Positions 1 to 15,500 of a stretch of 64,000 nt of DNA are shown one piece after another. This stretch comes from Ruditapes philippinarum (Eukaryota), in the NCBI RefSeq assembly GCF_026571515.1, contig NW_026867088.1:62001-126000 (forward strand), given 5' to 3'. The stretch's first letter is position 1. Each line of letters begins with the position of its first letter. The notes beneath the pieces are model-generated. The model was not told the DNA's origin. It ran no database searches and was given only the letters and a program-made list of their open reading frames with translations. The translations under genes were made by a program, and so were the position numbers.

Positions 1-323
1 GTGTACAAAGAAATAAGATTTAATGAGAGAAAAGATTTTTTTCCTCATTAAAAAGATTTATTTCTCTAGGTTTTAAACTTGTTAAAAGTTGATAGTTTTC
101 TTTCTTGGTTGTTCGAATACTAAGAAGTATTGACATGATATTCTACCATTTCCGTGGTGTTCTTTGAATTATTTACATCACAGATTTATATTACATACTA
201 TTTGTAATTAAGATCCATGTTTACATTTAAGACACAAGTGATTATGAAATATTGTGTATATAGACATATTTTATTCACATAATCTAATTCATAATCTCAT
301 ATGTTTGTTTATAACATATTTAA

Positions 324-934
324 CCCATTACTTCATGAGCATTTTGTGAAAAATGGCTGTTTTCATTGAAAAGTCTCCCGTTACAAGTTCAAATTGCTAT
401 AATACTATAAAAACTGCTTCAACACTAATCAAACTTGGCACAAATGATGACTGGACCATTGCCCTTGCAACAACATGCTCAGGCTTAAATTTTCTGTTAT
501 CATGGCAACGAGGGGACATCTCAAAATTGCCAAAAACCACTATTTTGCGATGATTTTCCCCATCAAAACTGAGTTCTCAATGGATTGAGATAGAGTCAAA
601 GGCTTTTCAGCGTTGGTTACACGTTACCTTATGATCAATCTGGGGTCATTTACAGCCTCTCACAAGTCCAAAATTTTCTTGGCGATGAGGGGGACTCCGC
701 CCCCTTCAAACCCCCCCCCCCAAACAGAAGGGGGCACATCCCCCTTCTGGCAACCCCCTGATGTATCTTTTGGTTGGGGGGCCGCGCCGAAAAAGAGGTC
801 ACTTTTTTTAACAACATTTCTTAAACAAAAACAAGTGTTTGGGGCCTAAAAAAGGCATTTTTTCATCATTTGAGACAACAAAAAGGGGGGGGGGCTGAAA
901 AAGCCGTTAAAAGGCGTGTATATGAAGTAATGGG
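324..934. mobile_element. piggyBac-like non-autonomous DNA transposon
   Basis: TTAA|CCCATTACTTCAT ... ATGAAGTAATGGG|TTAA: perfect 13-bp terminal inverted repeat starting CCC, with a TTAA target duplication. No transposase. Confidence 0.75.
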
Positions 935-2466
935 TTAAATCAGAATAGGAGGGCTCTGTCAAGTAACTATAGACTTAAAGTTTCATAATATGTACTGTAC
1001 ATGGTATTTTATACTTGAATATTTGAACTAGAGACATGCATATTTCAGTAATTTTTGATGCCATTGGTTGTACGTCAGTCAATCAAAACCAGTATGTTTA
1101 GTGTTACATTTAGTTATTCAAATCATTTTGCAGTTCATTGATTAATTTATAGTTGTATTTTAAGCAAGAAAAGTGCTATGCTGACAATATCCAGTTCTCG
1201 AAGACAACTAGAAGCCTCATAAAAATCTGGATTAAGTGTGATCCCTCAGAAGCATTCAAAATTACATGAAAATTGCAGACTCTGTTTGATTGGGTCTGCA
1301 CATAAGGGATAATAAAAGTGCAACATCCCTTTGAATGCTGGGAAAATTGTCGTCTGCTGAAATATCGTCTGCTTAACTTTTGAATATTTACTCAATTTTA
1401 CTCAAGTCACCCATAAAAAGGATGACTGTCAAAAAAGTTTGTTACCTGGCTAGACTCTGAGGTGCAGCGTAAGATCCAGTACCAAGGATTCTATAAAGGC
1501 CACTGTGGTCTCTTTAAGCAGGTGATGGGTTAAAATCCCAAGTTATGCCAGATTGCACTGCTAAGAATGTCAATATCGTATAAAATTATTATGCTAAATG
1601 CATAACCGCATCCTTTTTTTTCGCATTTCAATCATTAGAACTCAGTTATACTAACATAATATACATTATTCATTATATAATATACATTATTTATTAATTG
1701 ACAAGACTAAATTTTAGTTCCTATGAGTATGTAAAATTAATTAATTAATTATGTTGTTAGTTGATATATGTTTCATGCCATTTTGTATGTTGTTGTTTGT
1801 TTTTTTTTGGATTTTCCCACAAATCCGGGTAATGAAATACTGGTTATAATGCTATATATTACTGGCTCTGCCTTAAAGCCTGAGAGCAATATTTTTACAA
1901 CACAATACACATGTATATAAGTTGACATGGTTATGCTGTTATGCTAACATTTTGCATGTTTTACACAATGTTTGTGTGATGCAAATAATGTCACGTCAAA
2001 AACTGGCTGTGCAATTTCATATTTACTAATGCACAAAAGCCACACGGGTATGTTATAAATTTAGATGTTAAACAAGAGGATGTCAAAACTCAATAAACTG
2101 TATTTCACTCTGTTAAATCTCTCTCTAAAATATCTTAAAATCCATTAATGGAACACTGTCAAGAACTGGTTACAATAACATGAAATAAACTCTCAGTCTG
2201 TCAAAACTCAATATCTTGAAATTATTTATTTGAACAAAGCACTGCCAAAGTCCAATATATTTAAATATATTTATAATGAATTGTTTTTTAAATAGAAATC
2301 TGTCAATATATGTAACTTTAACACTGTGAAAACTTATTATATAGAAACCTTGATACAATGATATGTTTTCTTGGGTTGAAAAAAAAAGACTTACATTAGT
2401 CTATGTGTTCAACAACTATCTGTAAATTTACTTGTATATACGTAGATGTTTTATTGTTGCATTTAA

Positions 2467-2917
2467 CTCTTAACCTGCTGGAGCCGGAAGTGTTTAGTCT
2501 TTGCTACCAGTATAGAGCCAGGCCAGCCTGCACGCCCGCTGGTGGTGGTTGTGGTGGTGGTAGTTTACCCTCCGGACCAAGGCAGTAAGCCGCTTTGATT
2601 TTACAAGAGCACAGTTCAGCCACCGTACCGTTTACTTGGCAAGCTGTCAAGGACTTTTACCAGTACTAGTTACCAGTACTAGTTGCCTTCAAAGTCTTTC
2701 ACATGGAACTGATAATTATAACTTCTGTACATACCAGAGCAGAGGTGCAGTGCAATGATTGTAGACAGGAATTTTTACGGCCTTGCAGTCTGGCCAGGCT
2801 TTATACTGTTGGTAGCTTAATTCTATCATTTTGATATCAAAATCCTTTAAACTTAGAATGGACTGTTCCAAAATCAAAGATGGGCAAATCCATTATACAA
2901 ATTTAGCAGGTTAAGGG
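2467..2917. mobile_element. TTAA-associated MITE-like element carrying an internal insertion (about 2535-2783)
   Basis: Termini CTCTTAACCTGCT / AGCAGGTTAAGGG. The internal core CAGTATAGAGCCAGGCCAGCCTG and TGGACTG...GTCCATT is shared with relatives near 51357-51550 and 46582-46795. Confidence 0.55.
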
Positions 2918-3575
2918 TTCGTTCATTTTTTTTGGCATTTAGTGCTCGACTTTTTGTGTCATAAGTTTATGATATTACTTTATTTTTCTTTCCTTTTTAT
3001 TACTGTTATTTTTTTTCATTTACCTCTTTATTTTTTGTGAAATACTGGTAGCTTATAAGTCACATATTTATTATTGGTAGTTAAAAAAAACTTTTTTCTG
3101 TATATAAATTGTTGCAAAGTTATAGACAAATAAAAAAACGTTTCTTTTGTTTTAAGAGGTGTGTTGTTTTTGTTTTTCCATTTAATTAATTGCGTTTATT
3201 AGCATGACAATATTGTCACGATTATTCTACATAATGGGTATAACATGTACTACTTTCAATATGAAATTATGCCTGTTTCAAGATCTGAATAAAATCTTTA
3301 AATCACATTACATCCAGTGTAGTTAGTTCAAGTACAAGATTATCAGCCTCCGTGTTCAAATAGAAAGTCCATGGTGAACTGACAGGGACTTTAAGATTCT
3401 TTGGGGGCATCCGTGTACGATAGACACAATTATCCAGACAAAACACAACAGTCATTTCCTCTTATACTTTTATTGCAGAATACAGAGTAGTTCCATTTGT
3501 TTGGACAATGTTGTAAACGATCCATTTCATAGATGCATTATGTGTAAATATTATTATAATAAAGTGCGTGAGGAT

Positions 3576-6500
3576 CTAATTGTTTTTCTTCCGACCAAGC
3601 AAACATTTCTCGAGTCCAATCATCGGAGACTCAAATGCCAGAGATATCACAAATGCGGATACATACGTAATACACATGTGACCAATGAATCTATAAATCT
3701 GCAAATAAAACAATTCAAAATTTTCACCTCGTTTTACATTTAACATGAATTAAAACTGGAATCAAAAATAGACTTGTGTTCGAACTGTATATGAACAGTT
3801 GAGATTTATGAGATTGTTGTTTTTCTTCAACCATATATTACCTACATTGGCGTTACAAGTATTCAACCGTTAGAGCCGATTTGTTGGAATGATACATGTA
3901 TAGGATGGAAATTGACACACGATTCAGGAAAAAATGAGACTATTTTATAAAACAACGAAATAGTTGGTAAAGATATCAATTAAGATAAATACCCAAAGCA
4001 TTTCTTGACCAATAATTAAAATGATAGATAATTAATAAGTCTCCATTCTATCCGATAAGAGAATGGTTTATCAGAGACCCACATTTCACAGCCATACTCT
4101 AAAATACCACTCATATCCTATCTACGAGTATTTACCTTAATTTAAACTGACAACTGCATGGGAACTAGATTAAAAGTCACAAAAATCAAAGGTACGTACC
4201 AGTTCTATGTCAGACCAGTGCTCTAAGGTTCGTCTGCTATACACTTGTAATGAGATGACGATCGGATGTAACAAATAAGCGCAGTATGTCAGACGACTGA
4301 GAGGGACAAAACCTTTCCATGAGAGGAAAGCATCTACAGGTCCTGTGAAATGAGAATTGACTGAGATTTAATACATGTATTCTTTTTTACGACTGCTGGG
4401 AAAATATAAGTGTATCGCAAATGAAAGCTGAATGATAATGGTAAAGATGTAATATTTTTATAATATTTGTTTATTCAAGCGCTAAAACACATTCGAGAGC
4501 CATTGAATGGCTCTATAGGTGCCAAAGATCAATATTTTATCTAGCTTGTTTACGGAAGGTCGTTATCAATGGTTTTACTCCGGTGCATGCTCGTGCCAAA
4601 ATTTATTCAGAGCCAAAACTATGACCTTTATAGTGCAACCAATATAAAAGAAAATAACATATTCCGAGTCACGTGTGTGAAAGTCCACAGGCAGGAAAAT
4701 GCAAAATATATATAACTTTACCACCATATCCAGTCGCACACGAGAGTATCACCCAAGCAACGGAAAATGACCATGCTATTCTTGCAGTGGCATTGTACAG
4801 GGCGGACATGTCAACATTTAATTTATCCGTTGAACCGTCCGGTGTGTACAGTCCATATACCACGGCTATAGCGACACATGTAGCCAACATCCATCCAACA
4901 CAGTTTATCAACTGCAATCAGTGAAAAAAAATGTTTTTTAGTTATAAATTGAAAAATAAACTTGTTACGAGGGTATTTGTTCAAACCACATTTATTTTTT
5001 TATTCGCCATTTATTTGCATTAACTGAGTCACTCTATGGAATAATAATTATAAACGGCAATCTGTGGACTAAACATTTTGAAATGGAAAAGGCGTGACCA
5101 CATTCCTTGATCAAATTTACTTTTTAAAGACGTTCAAATATTATAAGTGCACCGACCTTTGAGAATTTTATTTTACACTCTGTTTTGTACAATAAATATC
5201 CTGCATATATTCCTACAACATAAGGTCCTATCCTTGACCAAGGTTTGAAGTATATTTCAAATATATCATCCATATCTGTGCTGAAATATAAGTTATAATT
5301 TAACTATCATTTAATTCACACTTAAACAAATGCTGGCAGTAACTGCTCCATCAGCAAGCGCCATCACATCATGATGAAAATAAACTGTCCAAACCCATAT
5401 AAACTATGAAAGTGGTAACGTGTTACAATTCGAATAAAATATAGGTTTGAATTAATTCTAACCCTTATGAAAATAGACCAAAAAATGTATGTGTAACTCG
5501 TATGAATTTGTCAAAATTCTTCGTTTTCGTATTGAAGTCTAGCATTTAGTTAACCAGATGTTTCTTTGCTGCTTCTTAATTGATCTTTGAGACGACAACT
5601 TGACATTAACCAACATTTCACCTTTTCAATTTTAATCTGGAAGAGTTATTTTGAAGAGAAGCCAAGTTTCAAAGTCTAAAAATTAAATGAGCCGCGTCAT
5701 GACAAAACCAACATAATGGGTTTGCGACCAGCATGGATCCAGACCAGCCTGCGCATCCGCGCAGTCTGATCAGGATCCATGCTGTTCGCTATCAGTTTCT
5801 CTACTTGTTATACTCTGGGTTTGTAAGCGAACAGCATGGGTCCTGATCAGACTGCGAGGATGCGCTGGCTTGTCTGGTCTGGATCCATGCTGGTCGCAAA
5901 CGCATTATGTTGGTTTTGTCATGACACGGCTCAAATAATGCTGACGAGTACGATCAAATTGCTGAAAAATTGTATGTTATATACATAATTATATATTCAA
6001 TATTTCATCGCATTTAAGAGACTCCGCTGAGTATATTTTTCCTAGATTTTTGTGACATTTCATTTAGATCTGGACCAAGAACTTGTCAACTTATCACTAA
6101 AATTTCAGTTAATACGCTAATTCCGTTTCTCTTATTGTGCAAGAAAACCCAAAAAGAAAAGCATTTTTTTTATTAAACAAATCATGATAAAATCGTAAAA
6201 AAAATAACCGATCTTAAATTTAAATACAAGTATATTTCCTTATTATTTCTATTAATATTTTTCCGTTTTATGTGCTTTCGTTTATCTGTAAGAATTCTAA
6301 TTTTCTTAGACCTCACTGAATCTCCTTTAAGATATATATTATGTACCTGAACAGCAGGTTGGCATTAAACTCATAATGTTTAGATATCAGACCACGTGAC
6401 ACAACACTGACCATGATGAACGCAAGGCACGACAAGCTTCCAAGAATTGGTGAACTGAAAAAACATTTGATACATGATTTAAAGTCTGAAAAATTCAAAA

Positions 6501-9500
6501 TTGAGCTTTTTTGTATACACTAAGAATAAGTAGATAAAAAGATGATCTTAAAGATACAAACAGGTTCGCTTTGTAGGGTATTGTATCTTAATGTCGAATA
6601 CGATACTATACATGTAGTTTATTTATCGAATGTGATACTGTAGTTTTTGATATATCTAATATAATATTGTAGTTAAATATCTAATATCGTGCTGTAGTTT
6701 AATAATGAATATAAAACAGTGTATGTAGTTCAATATCGAATATGATATTGTAGTTGAAAATCTAATACTGTATATTGTTATAGTTCAATATCAAATAAGC
6801 GCTATTTTAGATATATTTCCTAAATCTGTAGGTTCTAGAATTCTAGACAACTACTTTCGGTAATAAGTCTCTATTTTCTAAGTGCTTTACCCAAAAAGTT
6901 AAGATTTTTAAAGTATGCTTATAAAAATAAAAATGGTTTTACTAGAAGAGGGGAACCAGCATACATGGGCTAATAACATAAAATTGCATATCATTGGCCA
7001 GGTACCAGCTCCATCCCATACACTGAAAATATAGATTGTTCTTGGTATAATTTTAGAATACATGTATAAGGCAAATTCTTTTAAAAAAATGTAAGGCATT
7101 TGACGTTTTCCCAACTAAAATAATACATAGAAATCTGGGGAGACGAATAAGCAATACTGAATCAGAAATGTACATACATCTTGAAAATCAAACTTATAGG
7201 AAATCAGCTTTGAATTACCTGGGATTACTTTTATAGAATATCACCGTATCTTACTCAAGCACGGACATGTATTGAGGAGTTTAAAATTGTGTTGGGAGTC
7301 ATACTAATGCAGCCAGCGATTCGCTTTTAAGGATAAATGTAAAACCTTCTTAGTACATGTATATTCATGTTAGTTTAGTTTGTTTAAAAATAGTTATTTT
7401 AGATCGATTGCAAAACAAGTTCTTGTAATTAATTTCGACTACGTCCAAATCGCCTTGCTGTAAACTAACCAGTACTGATGTCATATGAGGAAATATGATC
7501 ATGACCCAAGACAGACATCTGAACCACTAGGCCATCGCTTCCCTCATTATATCATATTCATGTATAATACATGCGTACACGTATTTATATGTATAATAGA
7601 CTAAGATAGGTTCGTGAGGCTCTGGGTGGTAACTTTTGATACATGATAGAATATCGAGCGTTAGTGAACAAGAATTGCTCTGGCTGAAACACAGGAAACA
7701 TACATTATTATTGTTATTGTTATTATTTCTATTATTATTTATTATTTATTATTAATATTATTATTATTATCATTATTATTGCAGTATAAATGGGCCAAAC
7801 TTAATATACAACGCACCGCTTCGTTCTCATGAACAATGTTGTTAATGTATAGCAGATTGGTCCACCATGTTGACTTGCAATCGTTTTTGTCCAAACCCTG
7901 CTGAAGCCATATCGGTCCGTCACCCCAATATTTAAACGTCGTTACATACAGCATGAAGATTAGCATGTACGGGGGAGTAAGTCTACAACACAAAATAACT
8001 ACATGTATTTCAGACAAAATACATACATGTACGTGTATAAGAACTCTTTATTACTTTAAAAATGCGTTCCCGAATTGTATTGGGTATCTCTGTATTTAAA
8101 ACGTTTTGTTAACTCTTAGGAAATGTTGGGAACAGTTTATGGCCTGCATGCTTCAAAACCTCTGATTTTCTTTCAAAATACCATTTTATTAAAATTCATC
8201 CATTGTGTTCCAGTTAAAGACATACACATTCATTTACTCCGGGAAAATTCGAAGCACAAAAGTGTCAGATAAAGAGTTTCGAAACTTTCCTGTGGAAGTT
8301 ACTGAATTTAAAATAAACAATGTTCATTTTATTTTTAAATGCCGAGTTCTGCTGAAGACGGTGCTAGTGAGCGTGGAGTAAGATTACATTTACCCGCCGC
8401 CGTCAATGAAAGGGCACAATTTATTTCAGACAAAATATGAATGAAATATATATGCCAACTCTGCAATATTTTCAGTTCAGACTTGCTGCACGACCCCCAA
8501 ACAATTTCTCGTATTACAAAACAGTCTTTTAAAAGATACTGACTAAAACTGTAAAGTGTTTGGTCTTTTGAAGCAATTTTCTTTATTCTATATACCTTAG
8601 AAGTAATTGTAGAATAAACACACATTACCTCCAGAATCTATGGAAGTAGAACAAGAACCAGTTAAACTTCTTTGGTCCTCCAACTTTCTTCATTTCACGA
8701 AGAGAGAGATAGGCTACGAGCATACCGCTATACAATAATGTCAAAAATAAAACTAAATGGCAGTTTAACGCCCAGTCATATATACATGTATATGTACATG
8801 TATATTTTTCAACACTGTTTGTATTATGCTTAAATATTGAATATATTCATATTGTACAATTTGAAATAAATTTTGTTTAAACTAACAAGGGCAAACATAT
8901 GTAACTACATATGCGGGTTGGTGTCGCTTTTTTTTGTTCAAAACAAGAGAAAATGAACATTATCATAGAATGCAGACAGTACTAATGTGCGCACGCGATA
9001 GATGTTGCGTGTGGACGCCATAGTATAACGTGGTCACGCCATAGCTGTTTCATGCGCACACGATAGCTATTACGTGGTAATCAATTGGTATTATGTGGCC
9101 ACGCGTTATGTACTACGTGTACAAGCAGAAGTATGGTGTAGCCACGCGATAGGTATAACGTACGCGTGTGGACGTAAATCATCACGTGGCAACTCAATGG
9201 CTTTCGCGTGCGTTATAGCTAGTGATAGCTTTCGCATGACCAAATAATACTGTCGTGTGCACACGTTATGCATAAGCTATAGGAAATGATATTATGCTTA
9301 GCTCAATAATTGTTGAAAATTTAAAGAGTTCCCGTTTTACATTCTGACTCATTTTATTAATACATTTGTAATTTAAAAAATGTTTTAATAACAAAATATT
9401 TAAACCTTTATCATTAAAATACAATTATTGTTTTTACTTTTGATTGGTGCAAATTTTAATGCAATTGAATTAAAATACCAGTAGACATTTTAGTAACACT

Positions 9501-12500
9501 AGTTTCTGTCTAAGTACAAGACCTTGGACTATACCCCAACCCTATTATCTTATCCAATTAGTCCAATTAGCTGAATTTAGTAAATAGTAAAGTCCAGTTT
9601 CTATTTTTTTTGGAAGTGTTCATTATCAATTTTAGGGATATCAAGATTAAATTTAAAGATGACCATCCATGAGTATAGAGCCTGGACGGTGTGCGGGCTG
9701 GCTTGGCTCTATACTTCTGTCAAAGGCTGATTAACATCGGGTCCCAGTATGGTATGGTCAAGAAAAGAAAAATATTTTTCTACCTGAGAATAAAGAATGT
9801 ATCCACAGAAACGAATGCATTCATAACAGCTTGGAATGTAAATCTTTTCAACATTTTTGGTAAAAATGTGGCTGCATTTCCTGTAAAAATTGGGGACATC
9901 AATTAAGTTTATTTTCACGAAACCATCATGTGCTCCATCGTCGTCCACAGTTTATTTTGATATTATCATAAATATTGTAGTATGTACGAATATATACCGT
10001 GGGTAACCGACGATGTGATAAGTGAAACATATATGATTTAATCTGTTATGTTTTTAAAGCTACGACTATGACAGTCTTTTGTTAATGTTATAGTTGGCAT
10101 GCAACATGAACCTCTATCATATAATATTAAACACTTAATGATTCAGTTTGTAAATTGCTCAAATACTAACAAAAGCAATAACTGCCTATGAAACTCAGAA
10201 ACTCATGTATGCATGTGTACGACATAACCAGCGTACGACATAACCGATTAAATAAAAAGATAATAACTATTTTATCAACCCAATTGAATTAGAATAAATA
10301 TTCCACTACAATAAACACATTGTAAACTGTAGCACTCTGATCCCGATATTATGGATTTAAGTTCTACTGGACCAGGCCCATTTAGCATTATACATGTACT
10401 GCATGTTGGATAAAAAAATCGTTATTTCAAAACATTACCCAGAACCTGGGACATAATATGATTATTTTATTATTTCCGAACAGGATCTGGTGAACCAAAT
10501 AAGATTTGAAATGAAAATTATTGAAATAACATAAGTTTAAGCATATTTATTTTAGCTCGATAACTTATATTATATATATCACTTTCGAGTCCGCTTCCTG
10601 GAACTCACTAATACTGGTGTCATATGAAGAAGCATGATCGTGATCCGAGTAGGACTTGAACTAATGATCAATGGGTTAAGAGACTAACACTTTTACCACT
10701 AGGTATAGGGCACCGTACCTTGCACCATCACTTCACGACATAATGTAAACCGACATAGTAAGTACAATCTATTAAACTACGATTTGATTAATAAATTTAG
10801 GCTCATCTTACCTAGAACAGGTAGCCCCATCATGTATGTGTGACACAGTAACACCCATGATGTACTTATGAAGCGTATACCGTTCACGCACGTGAGCGTT
10901 CCTGTCGTCTGCTTCGTGTTCAGAAGTTTTGGTACGTTTCTATGTAAGGAAAATGACAGAAGAAGTCTGCCGAATATTCCTAAAAAGCATTAAAATAGCA
11001 ATTTTAAATAAGGTGTAAACAAGAAATAAACGTCAAAACTACATGTGTAAAAGGCAAATACTTGTAAAATTATTAATTAAACTATCAAATTATAGCTGTT
11101 TACTTTATAATTATCAAAAATTTAGATTGGTCATTTAATATGTACACAACAAGTTGAATTTTGAAGCAGTACGTGATGAAAATATTTAAAAAAAATTGTT
11201 ATTAAATTTTAGATCCTGTGAATTACCAAGATAACGAACTTGTTATTAGTATTATTTTAGTAGGAGGAACTACTATATCAAATTGAATACTTATCATGAA
11301 GAGTACCTGTTCTCTTCAAATTTTTGTTTTCAACATGTGAACTTGTGCCGTCTTTTACTTCTTTTCTTTTCACATTTTCAGATGATATCTGTTATAGATA
11401 TGAAGGTTACGTTGTTTCATTTACAAAGTGAAAAATATAATTCATAAAAGACGCTAACTGATTCATGCAGCATGGCTCCAGATTAATGCTAATTTTCATG
11501 AACATTTTTGAAAGTGTATTTAAAAGTAAAATCATTTATTGTAAGAAAAAATGAAAGTTATTGACATATTCCACAACGGCACTCACAATACCTTAAATTA
11601 CCAAAAAGTGGTCAAAATATGTAAAAAAAAAAAATAGCCATTACTGCGTTAGGAACACATTAGAAATAAGAGGATAAATACTGAAAATTCAGTCATTAAT
11701 CGAATCTTGAATCTTAAATATCATTACTTTTCTCAAAATTTTAGTACATTTTCCCAAGTTTGATTTTCTTGAAATTTTTGGTCTCATCTGGAGGTAAGCA
11801 GCTTTAAATTGTACAAATTTTTTAGTAAAAATTTAATAAAAATATCAATTTAAGAGGCAATTGTCGCTACAGTAGGCTTTCTTTACATATTTTCATATTG
11901 TATACAATTGAATAGGTGCGGTGTACCTTTTACAAAGTATTTGTCTTGTGACGCTTTTCAAGTACAAAAATAAAAATACATGTACTATAAAAAAGTCCAT
12001 TTGACCTGAAGATTCCCTGCAAGTTCGTCTGTTGATGCCACATTCTGAATAATGACGTCATATAACGTCGCGGCGAAAATCACGGCAGAAAATATTGAGC
12101 ACACAACTCTGTATTGTAATAAAACAAAGCTCTCATATTTATATTTAAATGTATTATAAATTAAATTATAAAGTATAAGACTATTAGATTGTAAGAATAA
12201 TGTAATTATCTAAGGCCTCGGAGTTATGATGATCGCCTAATTTCCCAACTTGTTCTATAAGACGGTAAAATATTCCAATGACTAAAAGAACGCCAAATGG
12301 ATTTGTCATATAATTTATCTAAGATCAGGTGACTGAAATTTTTATTTCATGCTTTCCAGTGTTTTATTGTAATATATCAGATGATTATATTCTGATAAAC
12401 CACTAGTGAAATTTATAAAATATAATTTTCACTGTAGCCGGACTATATCTGAATGCGGATGAGCAGATAATCATAACTAGATGGAATAACAGGCAGAAAT

Positions 12501-15500
12501 AAATGCCGTCATACGTAAATTTTGCTTCTTTAGGAAAAGAAAGTCCATGTCATCATACATCATGTTAGAAATTTAACAAAATTAGAGAAATTTAACGGAA
12601 CTAGATTTCAAAACTGATGATGTGACGTCATGATATTATGACGTCACAAAGGAGATGCGAGACGTTACGCGGCAAAATCAGTAAAAAATAGCTTAAAATC
12701 ACTTAAAAAGCATAAAATAAAAAGAAAATTTATTTGTTTTACATATAAGATTGAAATATATTTCATTCGTGAACACCAGCTATTATATTTTCACTCGTGG
12801 CTACGCCACTCGTGAAAATATTGCATCTGGTGTTCACTCAGTGAAATTATATTTCAATCTTACATGCAAAACAAACAAATATCCTCTATTTATTTCACAT
12901 TTTATAAAGACCAAAAACCATATCAAACGATATCGTACCCCAATAAACATGATATAGCCTCGTTTACATTTTCGGAGTTTCAAAAAAGCTATATAATTAA
13001 ATTAAATGCATATCACTTTCAAACAACCTCGTTTTCATTTTCAGAGTTTAAATTTCCATATCTAATACTTGTATCAAAATGTCAAAATTGGTGGTGTGGA
13101 ATACGGAGGTCATTATACATTGTTAAGAATAATTCTGATTCTACAGGACCCGTGCACAGCAGCAAAATCTATGCCAGGCTCGTTTAGCGCCTCGGGGAGC
13201 CAACAGAATGCAGTTTTACTCAACAATATAAAAAAAACATCATTATAATACTCTCATTATTTGAATATCCAAAACATATGCATGAAAAGATAAAAACGAA
13301 AACATACAACAGAAACGTGCATTTTTCATATAAAAGGTTAAGACACACAAGATATACCGGTAGGTTTAAATAAAAGAACCTTCATATGACCTTACTGATA
13401 TTAATTTTCAGAAAAGACACAACATAAATTTGAAATAAAGCTCACATTACAGCAATGGCAGCATCCGTTAACAGCATGGTATTTTCCTGACACACAACAC
13501 TTGCAGGTGGTACTGTCATATTTGTTGGTAGTATACTAGAAACTGAAAATCAAACATTTAGTTTCTATCTCAACCTTCGGAAATGATGAAAAATTATCTC
13601 AATGGTAATCAAGTTTAAATTTTGACATGTTTAGAAACAATAATGAGAGTAGATCTAGTTTTAAAATGAAAAAAAAACATAGCAGAATTGTTCCGAAGCT
13701 TGCATCAAAATTCTCCGCTTGGTTCAAAATCACTTGCCCCTCACCGCGGCTGACGATCGAACATGCATGCAATTAATGCCCGCAGAATAGTTTCAATTTG
13801 TTTATACTATATAGTATAAATTATAAAGAAGGTCAAAATGCTGGTTAATATGATATTTACAATATCAGTTAATAACTTACAACTGGTAACAAGACCTTTG
13901 ACGTCATCGGCGCTGCAAGTATTGGGTAAGCACGTCCCCAACGAAAACATCAACTGCCCGGTCAAGCTCTGTAAACACACGTTTTTATGTTAACTTTCTG
14001 GCTTTAAGCATTAGATATCTTAGTTTAATTATAAGAAGAAAGACGTGCAGCTTATTCGACCCCTGAAGCCTCTTTCACGTCTTGAGCTACCGAGTAATGG
14101 TGCCCATTTGAGGAAACATGGTCATGACTCTGGTAGGGTTCAAACTCACGGCCCATGGGTTGAAAGGTAGTCATATTGATCCTTTTCATAAAATGTATGC
14201 TATACATAACAAATCAAACTATTGAACTACATGTATTTAAAAGATTCACAATGTTTAACTTGTTTTACAATAACTTTGTCTATGCAATCAGGTCAGCCAG
14301 CATTTCCGTGTAGTTTGACCAGATTATATAATATTGTCAGCTGCTCAATGCTGATACATCTTAACAAAAAAACTATCTTATAGCTACATGTCAATAGATG
14401 AGCCAAATATTCCAAGAAAATTAAACTTGAATAAAAGGAGTAGCTTACATTGATTTCATCACTGATAGGCACTGATAACAAACAGTACTTTCCTATAAAC
14501 GAAGAGTTCTGTCTGACGCCATCTTTTAAATTCATTTTATCTGGGGATTCCATGTTTATAGAGACACACTCATCAAAATTTCCCAGCCATGTGATATGTC
14601 CTTCTAATATGCCGCTTGCTGGTTTACCATAGGCATCCAACACTTCATGAAATAGTAAACATTGTTCCTTTTAATATACATGTAATTACACAAAATGACA
14701 AGTGTAAAACGAAGAGACAACATTGTAACAACTTATAAAAAGAGAAAGACATGTAAGTTGACATTATGCTCATTTTTTTAATGTCAATTTGAACCAAAAT
14801 ACTTCTTGACTATTCTAATGGTCATTGACCAAATATTTGATAATGACGAACATTTATGATAAATATTAAGACTATTTTTATATTGTCTCTGGTGATTCTC
14901 TTGTTATATTATTTCCATTTACGTTTTTGTAAACAATAAGATAAGTAAAAATAACGCCGGCCTATGGAAATGTATAAAATAAAAAATGAGCAATAATTCA
15001 CATTTTCAATGGAATTGAAAGGAGCGAAGTCTTCATTTTATTTATGCATGTTACCATGACGAAGCCATCTTTCTTCGCTTACGATTGTAGAAGAGGAGAC
15101 AAGCTATCAAGTTATGTTCTATCGAAAATGACCCTTGTTGTTGCCACGCTTCCCGCAATAGTCACATAAGGTCAAAGCCAAATCATTTCTGGTACTTCGG
15201 AATCCTGACTTGACCTTGACCTGCCATGCGCATTGCTCGCGATGAGCACAACTCTGACAGGAATTGAAGTGAAAGTTAGGACATGTCCAAATACCTATTA
15301 CATGTATGATTATTAAAACAGCAAAACTTACTTCGCAACGCCCAATCGTCCCGGCGTAAAACAGCTTGCAAGAACGCCTCTAAATCGTCCAGACAGCTGC
15401 TGCTAATGTTCCGACCCATTGAGTCAAGTATTGATGGCAAAATCTCACTTGCTTCAGTCATTATAATATTCTGAACATTTCCAAAATTTAAATTTTCTAC

